Shown piece after piece: positions 1-7,527 of a DNA stretch of 55,090 nt. The translations under genes were made by a program, and so were the position numbers. The DNA is taken from contig JAJVUU010000002.1 of NCBI GenBank assembly GCA_021621525.1, positions 1 through 55,090 of the forward strand. Direction: 5' to 3'. This DNA is from Bacillales bacterium (GTDB taxonomy: Bacteria > Bacillota_I > Bacilli_A > RFN20 > CAG-288). The stretch's first letter is position 1; the number at the start of each line of letters is the position of its first letter. The notes beneath the pieces were generated by a model, which saw nothing but the letters and a program-made list of their open reading frames with translations, was not told the DNA's origin and did no database searches.

Positions 1-114
1 GAAATATAGGACAACCTACATGGATGCGGAAAGGAGAAAAGACAGCAGACAATGTCTGAATTAGGATTGAACCGCCCATTGCCGAACGGCATGATGGGTG
101 GTGTGAGAGGTGAT

Positions 115-141
115 GGAAATTGAAGATTCTCTTCAATTTCC
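115..141. terminator. perfect 12-bp stem / 3-nt loop hairpin between convergent genes (no clear U-tract)
   Basis: GGAAATTGAAGA-TTC-TCTTCAATTTCC read directly. It abuts the stop codon of the minus-strand lipoprotein gene at 141. Confidence 0.4.
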
Positions 142-512
142 TAGCCTACTCGATCGTTTTCTTCGTTTGTGAATCCGTCATAGGTATATGTGAAGATAAG
201 TTTGGGCATCAAGAGCTTGGTGTTCTCCAGTTTCTTTTTGCTTTTGATTGAACCGACTCCCTGGATTGTGTATTTCGTATCATATCCGGAACGTTTGTCG
301 AAGTCTGGAACCAAGGCCGGGAAGGAGGAGTTTGTCTTCTTGAATATTTCATAGGTATTTTGAAAATCCTTGAAGGTATTGTAGCCATATTCAAGGACGA
401 CATCATCCTGGATGATCTTCCTTTCAGCATCGGATGAAGGTTGGATTGATGAAGATCCTCCGGAACAAGAGACTAGAAGGGGTAACAGAAGGAACAATCC
501 TTTTTTGGTCAT
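141..512 (-). CDS. small secreted lipoprotein, unknown function
   Basis: In ORF 141..551, the internal Met at 512 gives MTKKGLFLLLPLLVSC, a signal peptide with lipobox LLVSC. An AAGGGGG SD lies about 7 nt upstream. Confidence 0.6.
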   Translation of the reverse strand: MTKKGLFLLLPLLVSCSGGSSSIQPSSDAERKIIQDDVVLEYGYNTFKDFQNTYEIFKKTNSSFPALVPDFDKRSGYDTKYTIQGVGSIKSKKKLENTKLLMPKLIFTYTYDGFTNEENDRVG

Positions 513-843
513 AATGGGCCCCCTTATTAAGCTATATCGAATGATGGACATTTGATATCGTTTTGGAAAATTTGAATAGTTATATGACGAAAACGGTTAG
601 AACCTTGGGTGATGCCTGAAAATTGTTGTAATGTGTACCCGGTTTATAAAACCTGAGTGTGATTCAGTCATAAAACCTTTCCATATACAATGGATTTTCA
701 AAAGATGGTTTGGTTGTTGGACTAATTTTAATTTATAAGACTGTATTTGTCCAGCAGAGAACGTAAACGTTTTCGCTTGATGAACCGAGCATTTTACTTA
801 TCAAATGACTTACATTTATTTCCTTGTGTATACTATAGATTGG

Positions 844-1557
844 TTAAAGCAAGTCTTTGTTTTTATAAACGATATGGATATCAAACGACTTGGAAGATGC
901 GTGAAAGTCATCATCCTTCAGTTCATAAGTGAATTCTTCCTTTTCCTTCATACGGATTTCCTTTTGGAAGATGAAGTCCATTCTGGAGATGTAGTGGGAA
1001 AGCAGATAATCATCATTGATAAGGGAAGACAGCATCTTTACATAGCTTGCATTGCTTAAGTGCCCGTTCAGATCGCAGGATTCAAAGTCTGCCGTCAGGA
1101 TGGCATGGTTTTGATATTCCTGGTTCCTTCTTATCGGAAGCATGGGAAACCCATCCATGTCTATACCTTCGATGATGATATCATGTTCTGTAGGATCGAT
1201 GATTCTTCTATTTTCTTGGTCTATCAAAGACCAGAGGGAAGAGGCTTTGATAAGAGGTTTTCCGTTTAGGTCCTCAATCTCAAAATATCTTGGAAAGAAA
1301 TAGTGAAGCATCCTTCCCGGAGATGTCTTCAGGATGACTTCCTCATCATATCCGGGAAGCCTGTTTATGATATAGGACTGCTTGTCGATGACCCAGAGAA
1401 GCCCTTTGTCCAATGTCTTTTCTTTTCCGTATCCCAAAAGGGTGGTGTGTCTGATACACATCTCCTGGTGCAGGAAGAGAAGACTGGAAGCCTTGAGTCT
1501 TCTATTGGCATCACAGTCTTTGCTTTGAATTCTGAGAACCTCTTTATATTCACTCAT
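844..1557 (-). CDS. acyl-ACP thioesterase (FatA/B-like, double hot-dog)
   Basis: Translation shows the typical pattern LLWVIDKQ..INRLP..E.I.. in the first hot-dog and D.DLNGH.SNASY in the second. The MSEYKE start at 1557 overlaps the upstream ACP stop as ATGA. Confidence 0.75.
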   Translation of the reverse strand: MSEYKEVLRIQSKDCDANRRLKASSLLFLHQEMCIRHTTLLGYGKEKTLDKGLLWVIDKQSYIINRLPGYDEEVILKTSPGRMLHYFFPRYFEIEDLNGKPLIKASSLWSLIDQENRRIIDPTEHDIIIEGIDMDGFPMLPIRRNQEYQNHAILTADFESCDLNGHLSNASYVKMLSSLINDDYLLSHYISRMDFIFQKEIRMKEKEEFTYELKDDDFHASSKSFDIHIVYKNKDLL

Positions 1558-1802
1558 TTTGCAAGCTGGAGGCATACTTCATCGACGATGTCCCTTAAGG
1601 TGGACATCTTGTTCCATCGATTCTCTTTGACCTTGATCTTGAATTCTGCTTCGATCTTGCAGATGATGTAGATGAAGGTCATGCTGTCTAGACCTTGGCT
1701 TTGGTTGATGGTGGTGTCTTCCTTGATATCGACATCCCTGAAGTCCGGAAGGTTGTCCTTGATGACTTTGATGATTCGTTCTTTGATTTCGTTTCTGTTC
1801 AT
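1554..1802 (-). CDS. stand-alone acyl/peptidyl carrier protein
   Basis: 82 aa with the phosphopantetheine attachment motif GLDSM followed by a helix (TFIYIICKIEAEF). An AGGAGG SD precedes it, and it starts 13 nt after the ligase stop. Confidence 0.8.
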   Translation of the reverse strand: MNRNEIKERIIKVIKDNLPDFRDVDIKEDTTINQSQGLDSMTFIYIICKIEAEFKIKVKENRWNKMSTLRDIVDEVCLQLAK

Positions 1803-1815
1803 GTCGAACCTCCTG

Positions 1816-3123
1816 TCAATGATGAAGCAGATGTCTCTTGACCTTCATGGTCAATGTCTTTTCGATAGGATTGTCTTCAAAGACAACCTGAGCTATCTTT
1901 TTTGAATTGATTTTGTCTTTATTGTAAAGAGATATCTTCTCTTCGATATCTTTCTTATCATTTTTGGTATGAATGTGTAGGATGAGAGGATAAGTTCCTT
2001 CCAAGGCAAGGTCCTCTTCCTTCAGAAATGATTTGAGTCCCTCCTCACATTCCGGAAGATAAATCTTGTTTCCGTCATCCAAGACGATGATATCCTTCTT
2101 TCTTCCCAAGAGGATGAGTTTGCCATCTTCAATCTTTCCCAAGTCTCCTGTGTGGAAGAATCCATCTTTGTCTATCAATGTTTCATTTGACTTATAGTAA
2201 CCTTCTGCCAATATCTTATCGGATGAAACGAATATTTCACCATCTTCGGCAATCCTCAATTTTTCTAAAGGACATATCGTCATCCTTCTCGGGTCATGGC
2301 CTGTCGACAGGGCAAGACCTGAGGAAGTCTCCGTGAGTCCATATCCATAGGATACCTGGATTCTTTTTCTCGCTATGGCCTTGAGAATGTCATCGCTGCA
2401 TTCCCCGGCTCCGATGAGGACGAGCCTTAGATTCTGATTGAAAAGATTGTACTTGGCATAGAAGCCTGCCATCTGCGGAACAAGAGAAATCACACTGGGG
2501 TTGAAATAGCTTAAATCATCCATCATGTGTCTCATACCTCTTGAAAGACAAATCCTGACACCGAAGGAAAGAGGCCATAACAAGGAGCAGACAAAGCCGA
2601 AGACGTGGCTTAGTGGAAGGATGGAAAGGAAGACATCGTCTTTCTTGAGAGGAAGGACGCTTCCTCCGTTGTAGCAGGATGCAAGAAGATGCTCTTCTGT
2701 CAGGATGACGGCTTTGGATGAACTTGTCGTTCCGCTGGTAAAGAAAAGGATTTTCGGATCATTGTTCTCGATGTCTTCTTTTAGGTATGGCAGGAATCTA
2801 TCTATGATTTCCTTTCTTCCGAGAAGCAGGCTTGTATCGCTTGACTGAATCTGTCTTTGAAGTGTCTTTTCTTCTTCCATAGGATTGAAGAGGATGATGT
2901 CCTTCTTTTGGTAGGCCATGGCAAAGAGGGAAAGAATCGAAGAATAGGTGTTTTCAATCATGATTCCGACTCTTTGGTTTGGAATGACGGGATATTCTTC
3001 GATGTCTTTTATAAACTGCCTGACGCTGGTATTGACAAGAGTGTCACCCTCTTCATGGCTGAAGCAGATGGAATCTTTGTCTAAGGAGGATAATAAATCA
3101 AAAAGTGAATGGAACAATGTCAT
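1816..3123 (-). CDS. AMP-dependent synthetase/ligase (acyl-AMP / acyl-carrier-protein ligase type)
   Basis: Adenylation core motifs are present: FFTSGTTSSSKAV, YGYGLTETSS, FFHTGDLGKIEDGKLILLGRKKDII and a C-terminal MKVKR lysine. At 435 aa it is short for the family. Confidence 0.8.
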   Translation of the reverse strand: MTLFHSLFDLLSSLDKDSICFSHEEGDTLVNTSVRQFIKDIEEYPVIPNQRVGIMIENTYSSILSLFAMAYQKKDIILFNPMEEEKTLQRQIQSSDTSLLLGRKEIIDRFLPYLKEDIENNDPKILFFTSGTTSSSKAVILTEEHLLASCYNGGSVLPLKKDDVFLSILPLSHVFGFVCSLLWPLSFGVRICLSRGMRHMMDDLSYFNPSVISLVPQMAGFYAKYNLFNQNLRLVLIGAGECSDDILKAIARKRIQVSYGYGLTETSSGLALSTGHDPRRMTICPLEKLRIAEDGEIFVSSDKILAEGYYKSNETLIDKDGFFHTGDLGKIEDGKLILLGRKKDIIVLDDGNKIYLPECEEGLKSFLKEEDLALEGTYPLILHIHTKNDKKDIEEKISLYNKDKINSKKIAQVVFEDNPIEKTLTMKVKRHLLHH

Positions 3124-3137
3124 TTCTATACCTTCCG

Positions 3138-3198
3138 AATTATATTGTACAACAACTTAAATGAAAGGGATTACAATTATATTATTTTGCGTTAAAAT
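3138..3198. promoter_or_regulatory. divergent promoter region with an imperfect inverted repeat (AATTATATTGTA ... TACAATTATATT)
   Basis: Candidate + promoter TTACAA(3171)-N16-TAAAAT(3193). The right repeat arm overlaps the -35. On the minus strand the left arm reads TACAAT about 20 nt upstream of the ligase ATG. Confidence 0.3.
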
Positions 3199-3239
3199 AT
3201 TTGCAGTCCATTATTTTTTAAAAGGAGGCAATTCAGAAT

Positions 3240-4700
3240 ATGGATAAGAATACACGTATTGCGATCGTCGGTGGAGGTCCAGCCGGTCTTTCCATGGCTA
3301 TGTACCTGGAAATGAAAGGGTACAAGAACTATGTCATCTATGAAAAGACGGACCACGTTGGTGGAAAGTGCCACTCTCCGGTCTATAACGGAAAACGTTA
3401 TGAAATGGGAGCCATCATGGGTGTGCAGTATTACTACGCCATCCATGATGTCGAAAAGTTTGCCGGAGTCGAGCATGACGGACCCAAGCTCAATCGTGCC
3501 TATAAGTATCCTGACGGAAGAATCGACTATCGATGGGACACGGCCGATGCCCTGAAGAATCCTTTCGGTTTCTTCCTGAAGCATCCCTCTGCCGCATTGC
3601 ATCTGAAGAAGCTTCAGAAGCAGATCAAGAAGTTCGGTGAAATCCTTGAGACGAAGTACAAGGGCTATGACGTCACCGGACATAAAGGTGTTGCTCAGGG
3701 TAAGTATGACGGATTTGCCGTGACGGAAGGAAGAGAGCCTGTCTCCGGCGAGAACCCGAATCTGAAGGATCTTGCCATGCCTTTCAGCAAATTCTGCGAA
3801 ATGAATGGTGTTCCGCTTGTCCAGGAAGTCTGGATTCAGCCTTTTACCAGCTTCGGCTATGGCTACTTTGATGAGATTCCAGCCGCATATGTCCTGAAAT
3901 ATCTTGATTTCAAGACCATGATGGACTTTGTCGCCGTCAAGCTTTGGACCTGGAAAGATGGAACACAGTCCATCTTCGAGCGCCTCAATGACAAACTCAT
4001 GCATCCTGCTCTTCTCAACAGCAACATCGAAAAAGTCGTCAGAGGAGACAAGGTCACCTTGACTGTCAATGGCAAGGAAGAGGTCTTTGACAAGCTCATC
4101 ATCACGGCACCGCTTCAGGTTGCTACGGAAAAGAATCCGTTGGACAACCCTGTTGCCAAGTCCTTGGATACCTGGCTTGATGTCACCGACAGGGAAAGAG
4201 CCCTCTTCTCCAAGATCGACTATGAAAGATATGATACGCAGGCTGTCATGATTGAACCTGACAAATATCCGGATGTCTCTTATTATATCGTTGACAACAT
4301 GAAGAAGGAAAGACTTGGCCATCTCATGGTCTATTATAGAAGATGGGAAGGAGACAAGGAACAGCCTATCACCACCTATGCCTTACGTCATCATAAGACA
4401 TTCAACGGTGGCAAGGAACTTGGCTATGAAGATACCAAGAAGACAGTACTCGATGATATGAGAAAGATTGGTTGCACACCTAGAAAGAAGGATGGCAAGG
4501 ATGAGGTCATCTATGAATTCCAGACCTACTACTTCCCACATGTCTATTCCGAAGACTATGCCGATGGATGGTATGACAAGGTCGAAGCCATGCAGGGTGA
4601 GAACAACACCTTCTATGCCGGTGAAATCATGTCCTTCGGTGACATGGACGAGACCTGCGAATATTCGCACGATCTTGTCGAACATTTCTTTGCTGACTGA
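3240..4700 (+). CDS. FAD-dependent enzyme of the polyenoic fatty-acid (linoleate) isomerase PAI family
   Basis: N-terminal Rossmann motif RIAIVGGGPAGL. The blocks TDHVGGKCHSP, RYEMGAIMGV, PAAYVLKYLDF, LWTW.DGTQ, YFPHV..EDY..GWY.KVE.MQG and FYAGEIMSFG match my recollection of C. acnes PAI. A strong AAGGAGG SD is present. Confidence 0.7.
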   Translation: MDKNTRIAIVGGGPAGLSMAMYLEMKGYKNYVIYEKTDHVGGKCHSPVYNGKRYEMGAIMGVQYYYAIHDVEKFAGVEHDGPKLNRAYKYPDGRIDYRWDTADALKNPFGFFLKHPSAALHLKKLQKQIKKFGEILETKYKGYDVTGHKGVAQGKYDGFAVTEGREPVSGENPNLKDLAMPFSKFCEMNGVPLVQEVWIQPFTSFGYGYFDEIPAAYVLKYLDFKTMMDFVAVKLWTWKDGTQSIFERLNDKLMHPALLNSNIEKVVRGDKVTLTVNGKEEVFDKLIITAPLQVATEKNPLDNPVAKSLDTWLDVTDRERALFSKIDYERYDTQAVMIEPDKYPDVSYYIVDNMKKERLGHLMVYYRRWEGDKEQPITTYALRHHKTFNGGKELGYEDTKKTVLDDMRKIGCTPRKKDGKDEVIYEFQTYYFPHVYSEDYADGWYDKVEAMQGENNTFYAGEIMSFGDMDETCEYSHDLVEHFFAD

Positions 4701-4721
4701 TTTCTGAAATTTGCTGTCTTG

Positions 4722-4756
4722 CACCAAAGAGGCAGAGCTTCTCTGCTTCTTTGGTG
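4722..4756 (+). terminator. 16-bp intergenic hairpin, a partial terminator or mRNA-processing/stability element
   Basis: CACCAAAGAGGCAGAG-CTT-CTCTGCTTCTTTGGTG with one G.U pair, followed by an interrupted U-tract TTTCATGTATTTT. Confidence 0.45.
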
Positions 4757-4780
4757 TTTCATGTATTTTGGGGGTACTTT

Positions 4781-6340
4781 ATGGATAGTCCTTTTTTCAA
4801 GAAGAGATATCAGGTGGTCATCATCGGCGGTGCCTTGTCAGGCATGGCATGTGCTCTTCAGCTTATAAGCAAGGGAATCAAGGACATCTTGATTCTGGAA
4901 CAGCATAATCTTCCCGGAGGAATCGCAACCTCCTTCGTCAGAAGCGGAACGGAGATAGAAGCGACCCTTCATGAGATGATGTCCATCGGAAATGAAAATC
5001 AATTGAAGATCGGTGAGTTCTTCAAGGAATGTGGCATCGATATCGATTGGCTCAGGGTTCCTGATGCCTATCGATATGTCGATAAGGATGTAAACTGCCT
5101 TGTCCATGCCGGAACGCACGGGGATTTTGAGACTCCGGCCAAGGAGATGGCTTCTTCTGTCGGTGATGATGATGGTTCCGTTTATCAAAAAATACTTTCA
5201 TTCCTGAACATGTGCAAGAAGGTCTACGATGCCATGAACTATGTAAGCATGCATGAAATCAGCAAGCCGATGATGCTTCTGAAGTTCCCGGAGCTTGTCA
5301 AGACATGCGGGTATAGTGCCAAGGAAGTCATGGATAGCTATGGATTGCCTAAGAAGGTCCAGAATATTCTCTCGGCTTATTGGATTTATGTCGGAAATGT
5401 CGTAGATGACCTTCCTTTTTCTATCTTTGCCTTCCTTCTTGCCGATTATCTTGGATATGGTTCCGTGGTTCCTAAGAAGTTCAGCCATGAGATGTCTCTT
5501 AAGATGGCTGAGAAATGTGTCTCCCAAGGAGTGCAGATGGAATACGGACAAAGAGTATCTCAGATTCTGGTCAAAGACAAAAAAGCCTATGGTGTCATAA
5601 CAGCCGATGGAAGTGAGATACTCTCAGATTATGTCGTCTGCTCCGCTTATCCGAATACGGCCTATACGAAGATGATTTCACCTAAGAGCGAGGTGCCCAA
5701 GGAAGCGATAAGGCTCACCAATTTCAGGAAACTTGGCCTGACATGTTTCTCCGTCGTCCTTCTTCTGGATAAGAATCCGGAAGAACTCAACATTCATGAT
5801 TATTCCACTTTCTATGCACCCGAGGGGTTGGATTTTGATAGAATATGGAAAGACTACGCCACTGAGGGACCCTATAAGTACATCACCTCCATATGTACCA
5901 ACATCGCCAATCCCGGCTGTACGAGGAAGGGGACCTGCATTTATTCCATCACGGCCCTTCCTAGGCCGGATGGCTGGATGAAGGTGACGGAGGAAAACTA
6001 TGAGGAGATGAAGAGACTCAATGCGAAGTTCTTCATCGATATGGAGTCTGAGCGTCTGGGTGTCAATCTCTATGACCATATCCTGGATATCGTCATCGAA
6101 TCGCCGGTGAGCATTGCCCATTACACCGGAAGTTTCCGTGGCTCCGTCTATGGTTATCAGCACAGGATGGATGACAGCATCGTCGCCCGTCTTGGCATGG
6201 ATGACAAGGAACATTATATCGAACATCTGGCTTTTGCCGGTGCACATCAGATTTCAGGGGATGGCATGGGCCCGGCCATCACCAATGGCCGTAAGGCAGC
6301 CAAGGAGATTCTTTCTTCTCTTGAAAAGGAGGGCAGGTAA
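4781..6340 (+). CDS. CrtI/phytoene-desaturase-family FAD oxidoreductase, paralog 1
   Basis: Start chosen at MDSPFFKKRYQVVIIGGALSGMACAL (dinucleotide fold) with LPGG downstream. The C-terminal FAGAHQISGDGMGPAI is the typical CrtI-family FAD-closing motif. The longer TTG-start ORF would begin inside the hairpin. Confidence 0.8.
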   Translation: MDSPFFKKRYQVVIIGGALSGMACALQLISKGIKDILILEQHNLPGGIATSFVRSGTEIEATLHEMMSIGNENQLKIGEFFKECGIDIDWLRVPDAYRYVDKDVNCLVHAGTHGDFETPAKEMASSVGDDDGSVYQKILSFLNMCKKVYDAMNYVSMHEISKPMMLLKFPELVKTCGYSAKEVMDSYGLPKKVQNILSAYWIYVGNVVDDLPFSIFAFLLADYLGYGSVVPKKFSHEMSLKMAEKCVSQGVQMEYGQRVSQILVKDKKAYGVITADGSEILSDYVVCSAYPNTAYTKMISPKSEVPKEAIRLTNFRKLGLTCFSVVLLLDKNPEELNIHDYSTFYAPEGLDFDRIWKDYATEGPYKYITSICTNIANPGCTRKGTCIYSITALPRPDGWMKVTEENYEEMKRLNAKFFIDMESERLGVNLYDHILDIVIESPVSIAHYTGSFRGSVYGYQHRMDDSIVARLGMDDKEHYIEHLAFAGAHQISGDGMGPAITNGRKAAKEILSSLEKEGR

Positions 6341-6341
6341 C

Positions 6342-7523
6342 ATGAAGATCAAATCATTCTTTCAGGATATTCTAGGCTCGGCAAGAGTCACCAAGAGAAG
6401 AAGCGAAGCCATCAAAAGGGCTTCTGACATTCCGGATGGCACAGATCCTATCGGTGATGTGGCAAGGCTGCTTCATCCTGGAAAGTTCAATCTGAAGATT
6501 GTCTCGATCAGGGATGCAAGCAAGAGTGCCAAGACGTTCACGTTTGAATCGGAGACTGGCCATATTCCTTATTTCAAGGCCGGTCAGTTCCTCACCCTTG
6601 AATTCCATATCGGAAAGAGCCTGGTCACCAGGCCGTACTCCATCTCTTCAGCACCCTATCAGACCAGAGGAGAACATCCTATCGTCGAAATCACGGTAAG
6701 GAAGTCCAAGGGAGATGGATTCATCTCGGACTATCTCTATCATGAAGCCAAAATCGGTGACGTCTTCCTTTCTGAAGTCGGACTCGGCCAATTCTTCTAT
6801 GAACCGTTAAGGGATGCAGGACATGTGTTGGCTCTTGCCGGTGGAAGTGGTATCACGCCTTTTGTCTCCATGGCAAAGGAAATCAAAAACGGAAAGCTCG
6901 ATGTGGACCTAACCATCCTCTATGGTTCCGTAAGTGAAGATGATATCATCCTGAAGGATGAACTAGACGATTGCCTTTGTGACAAAGTCCATGTCATCCA
7001 TGTCCTTTCTGGTGATAATCCTGATTGGAAAGGTGAAAAAGGCTTGCTTGATGCTGAACTTATCAAGAAGTATTCTTCCGGGGATACGAGTTATTTCATC
7101 TGTGGGCCTCAGGCCATGTACACGTTCCTTCAGGGTGAACTGAAGAAACTGGAAGTCCCTGAAAGAAGAATCCGTTTTGAAGTCTTCGGTCAACCTAAGG
7201 ACGTCACCAAGATGGAAGGATATCCTAAGGAAAAGAAGGATAAGGTCTATGAAATCACGGTCTGCCGTGGTATCAAGGAAGACGTCATATCGGCCAGGGC
7301 TGATGAACCTATCGCCGTCAGCTTGGAACGTGCCGGAATGAAGATCCATACTGCTTGCCGCAGCGGAAGCTGTGGATTCTGTCGTATCAAGGTCCTGGAA
7401 GGCAAGTATTTTGTCTGCAAGGTAGGTGACGGAAGGAGGGCGGCCGACAAGGATTTTGACTATGTCCATGCCTGCAGCACCTATCCTATCTCCGATATGA
7501 AGATTCGCATCAACATCGACTGA
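6342..7523 (+). CDS. FNR-like flavin reductase fused to a C-terminal plant-type 2Fe-2S ferredoxin domain (Hcr/PDR-like)
   Basis: RPYSISS (FAD), LAGGSGITP (NAD(P)H) and CRSGSCGFC...C (C-x4-C-x2-C...C) are present. The ATG at 6342 lies 1 nt after the upstream stop. The 5' part of ORF 6114.. overlaps the CrtI gene and was discarded. Confidence 0.8.
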   Translation: MKIKSFFQDILGSARVTKRRSEAIKRASDIPDGTDPIGDVARLLHPGKFNLKIVSIRDASKSAKTFTFESETGHIPYFKAGQFLTLEFHIGKSLVTRPYSISSAPYQTRGEHPIVEITVRKSKGDGFISDYLYHEAKIGDVFLSEVGLGQFFYEPLRDAGHVLALAGGSGITPFVSMAKEIKNGKLDVDLTILYGSVSEDDIILKDELDDCLCDKVHVIHVLSGDNPDWKGEKGLLDAELIKKYSSGDTSYFICGPQAMYTFLQGELKKLEVPERRIRFEVFGQPKDVTKMEGYPKEKKDKVYEITVCRGIKEDVISARADEPIAVSLERAGMKIHTACRSGSCGFCRIKVLEGKYFVCKVGDGRRAADKDFDYVHACSTYPISDMKIRINID

Positions 7524-7527
7524 AAAC

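Noticed and set aside
52-123. 23-codon ORF MSELGLNRPLPNGMMGGVRGDGN ending inside the 115-141 hairpin, and a possible 3' end of an upstream CDS (frame 3, stop at 57-59).
   Set aside because: It is too short and featureless to support, the SD spacing is poor (15 nt), and the window edge prevents any assessment.
3192-4322. Long antisense ORFs opposite well-supported genes: 3192-4322, 5678-6247, 8254-9147, 20386-21471, 31226-32098, 39039-39893, 40009-40698, 41240-42034, 44312-44992, 46379-47038, 49340-50017, 50488-51114 and 51743-52516.
   Set aside because: Their translations are low-complexity with no motifs. Each fully overlaps a gene with clear family signatures, SDs and operon logic. This is the typical shadow-ORF behaviour of codon-biased genes.
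6114-6341. 5' extension of the reductase ORF (76 extra codons) overlapping the end of CrtI-like 1.
   Set aside because: The extension lies out of frame inside the CrtI gene and has no domain content. The ATG at 6342 gives a normal FNR-like N-terminus directly after the upstream stop.
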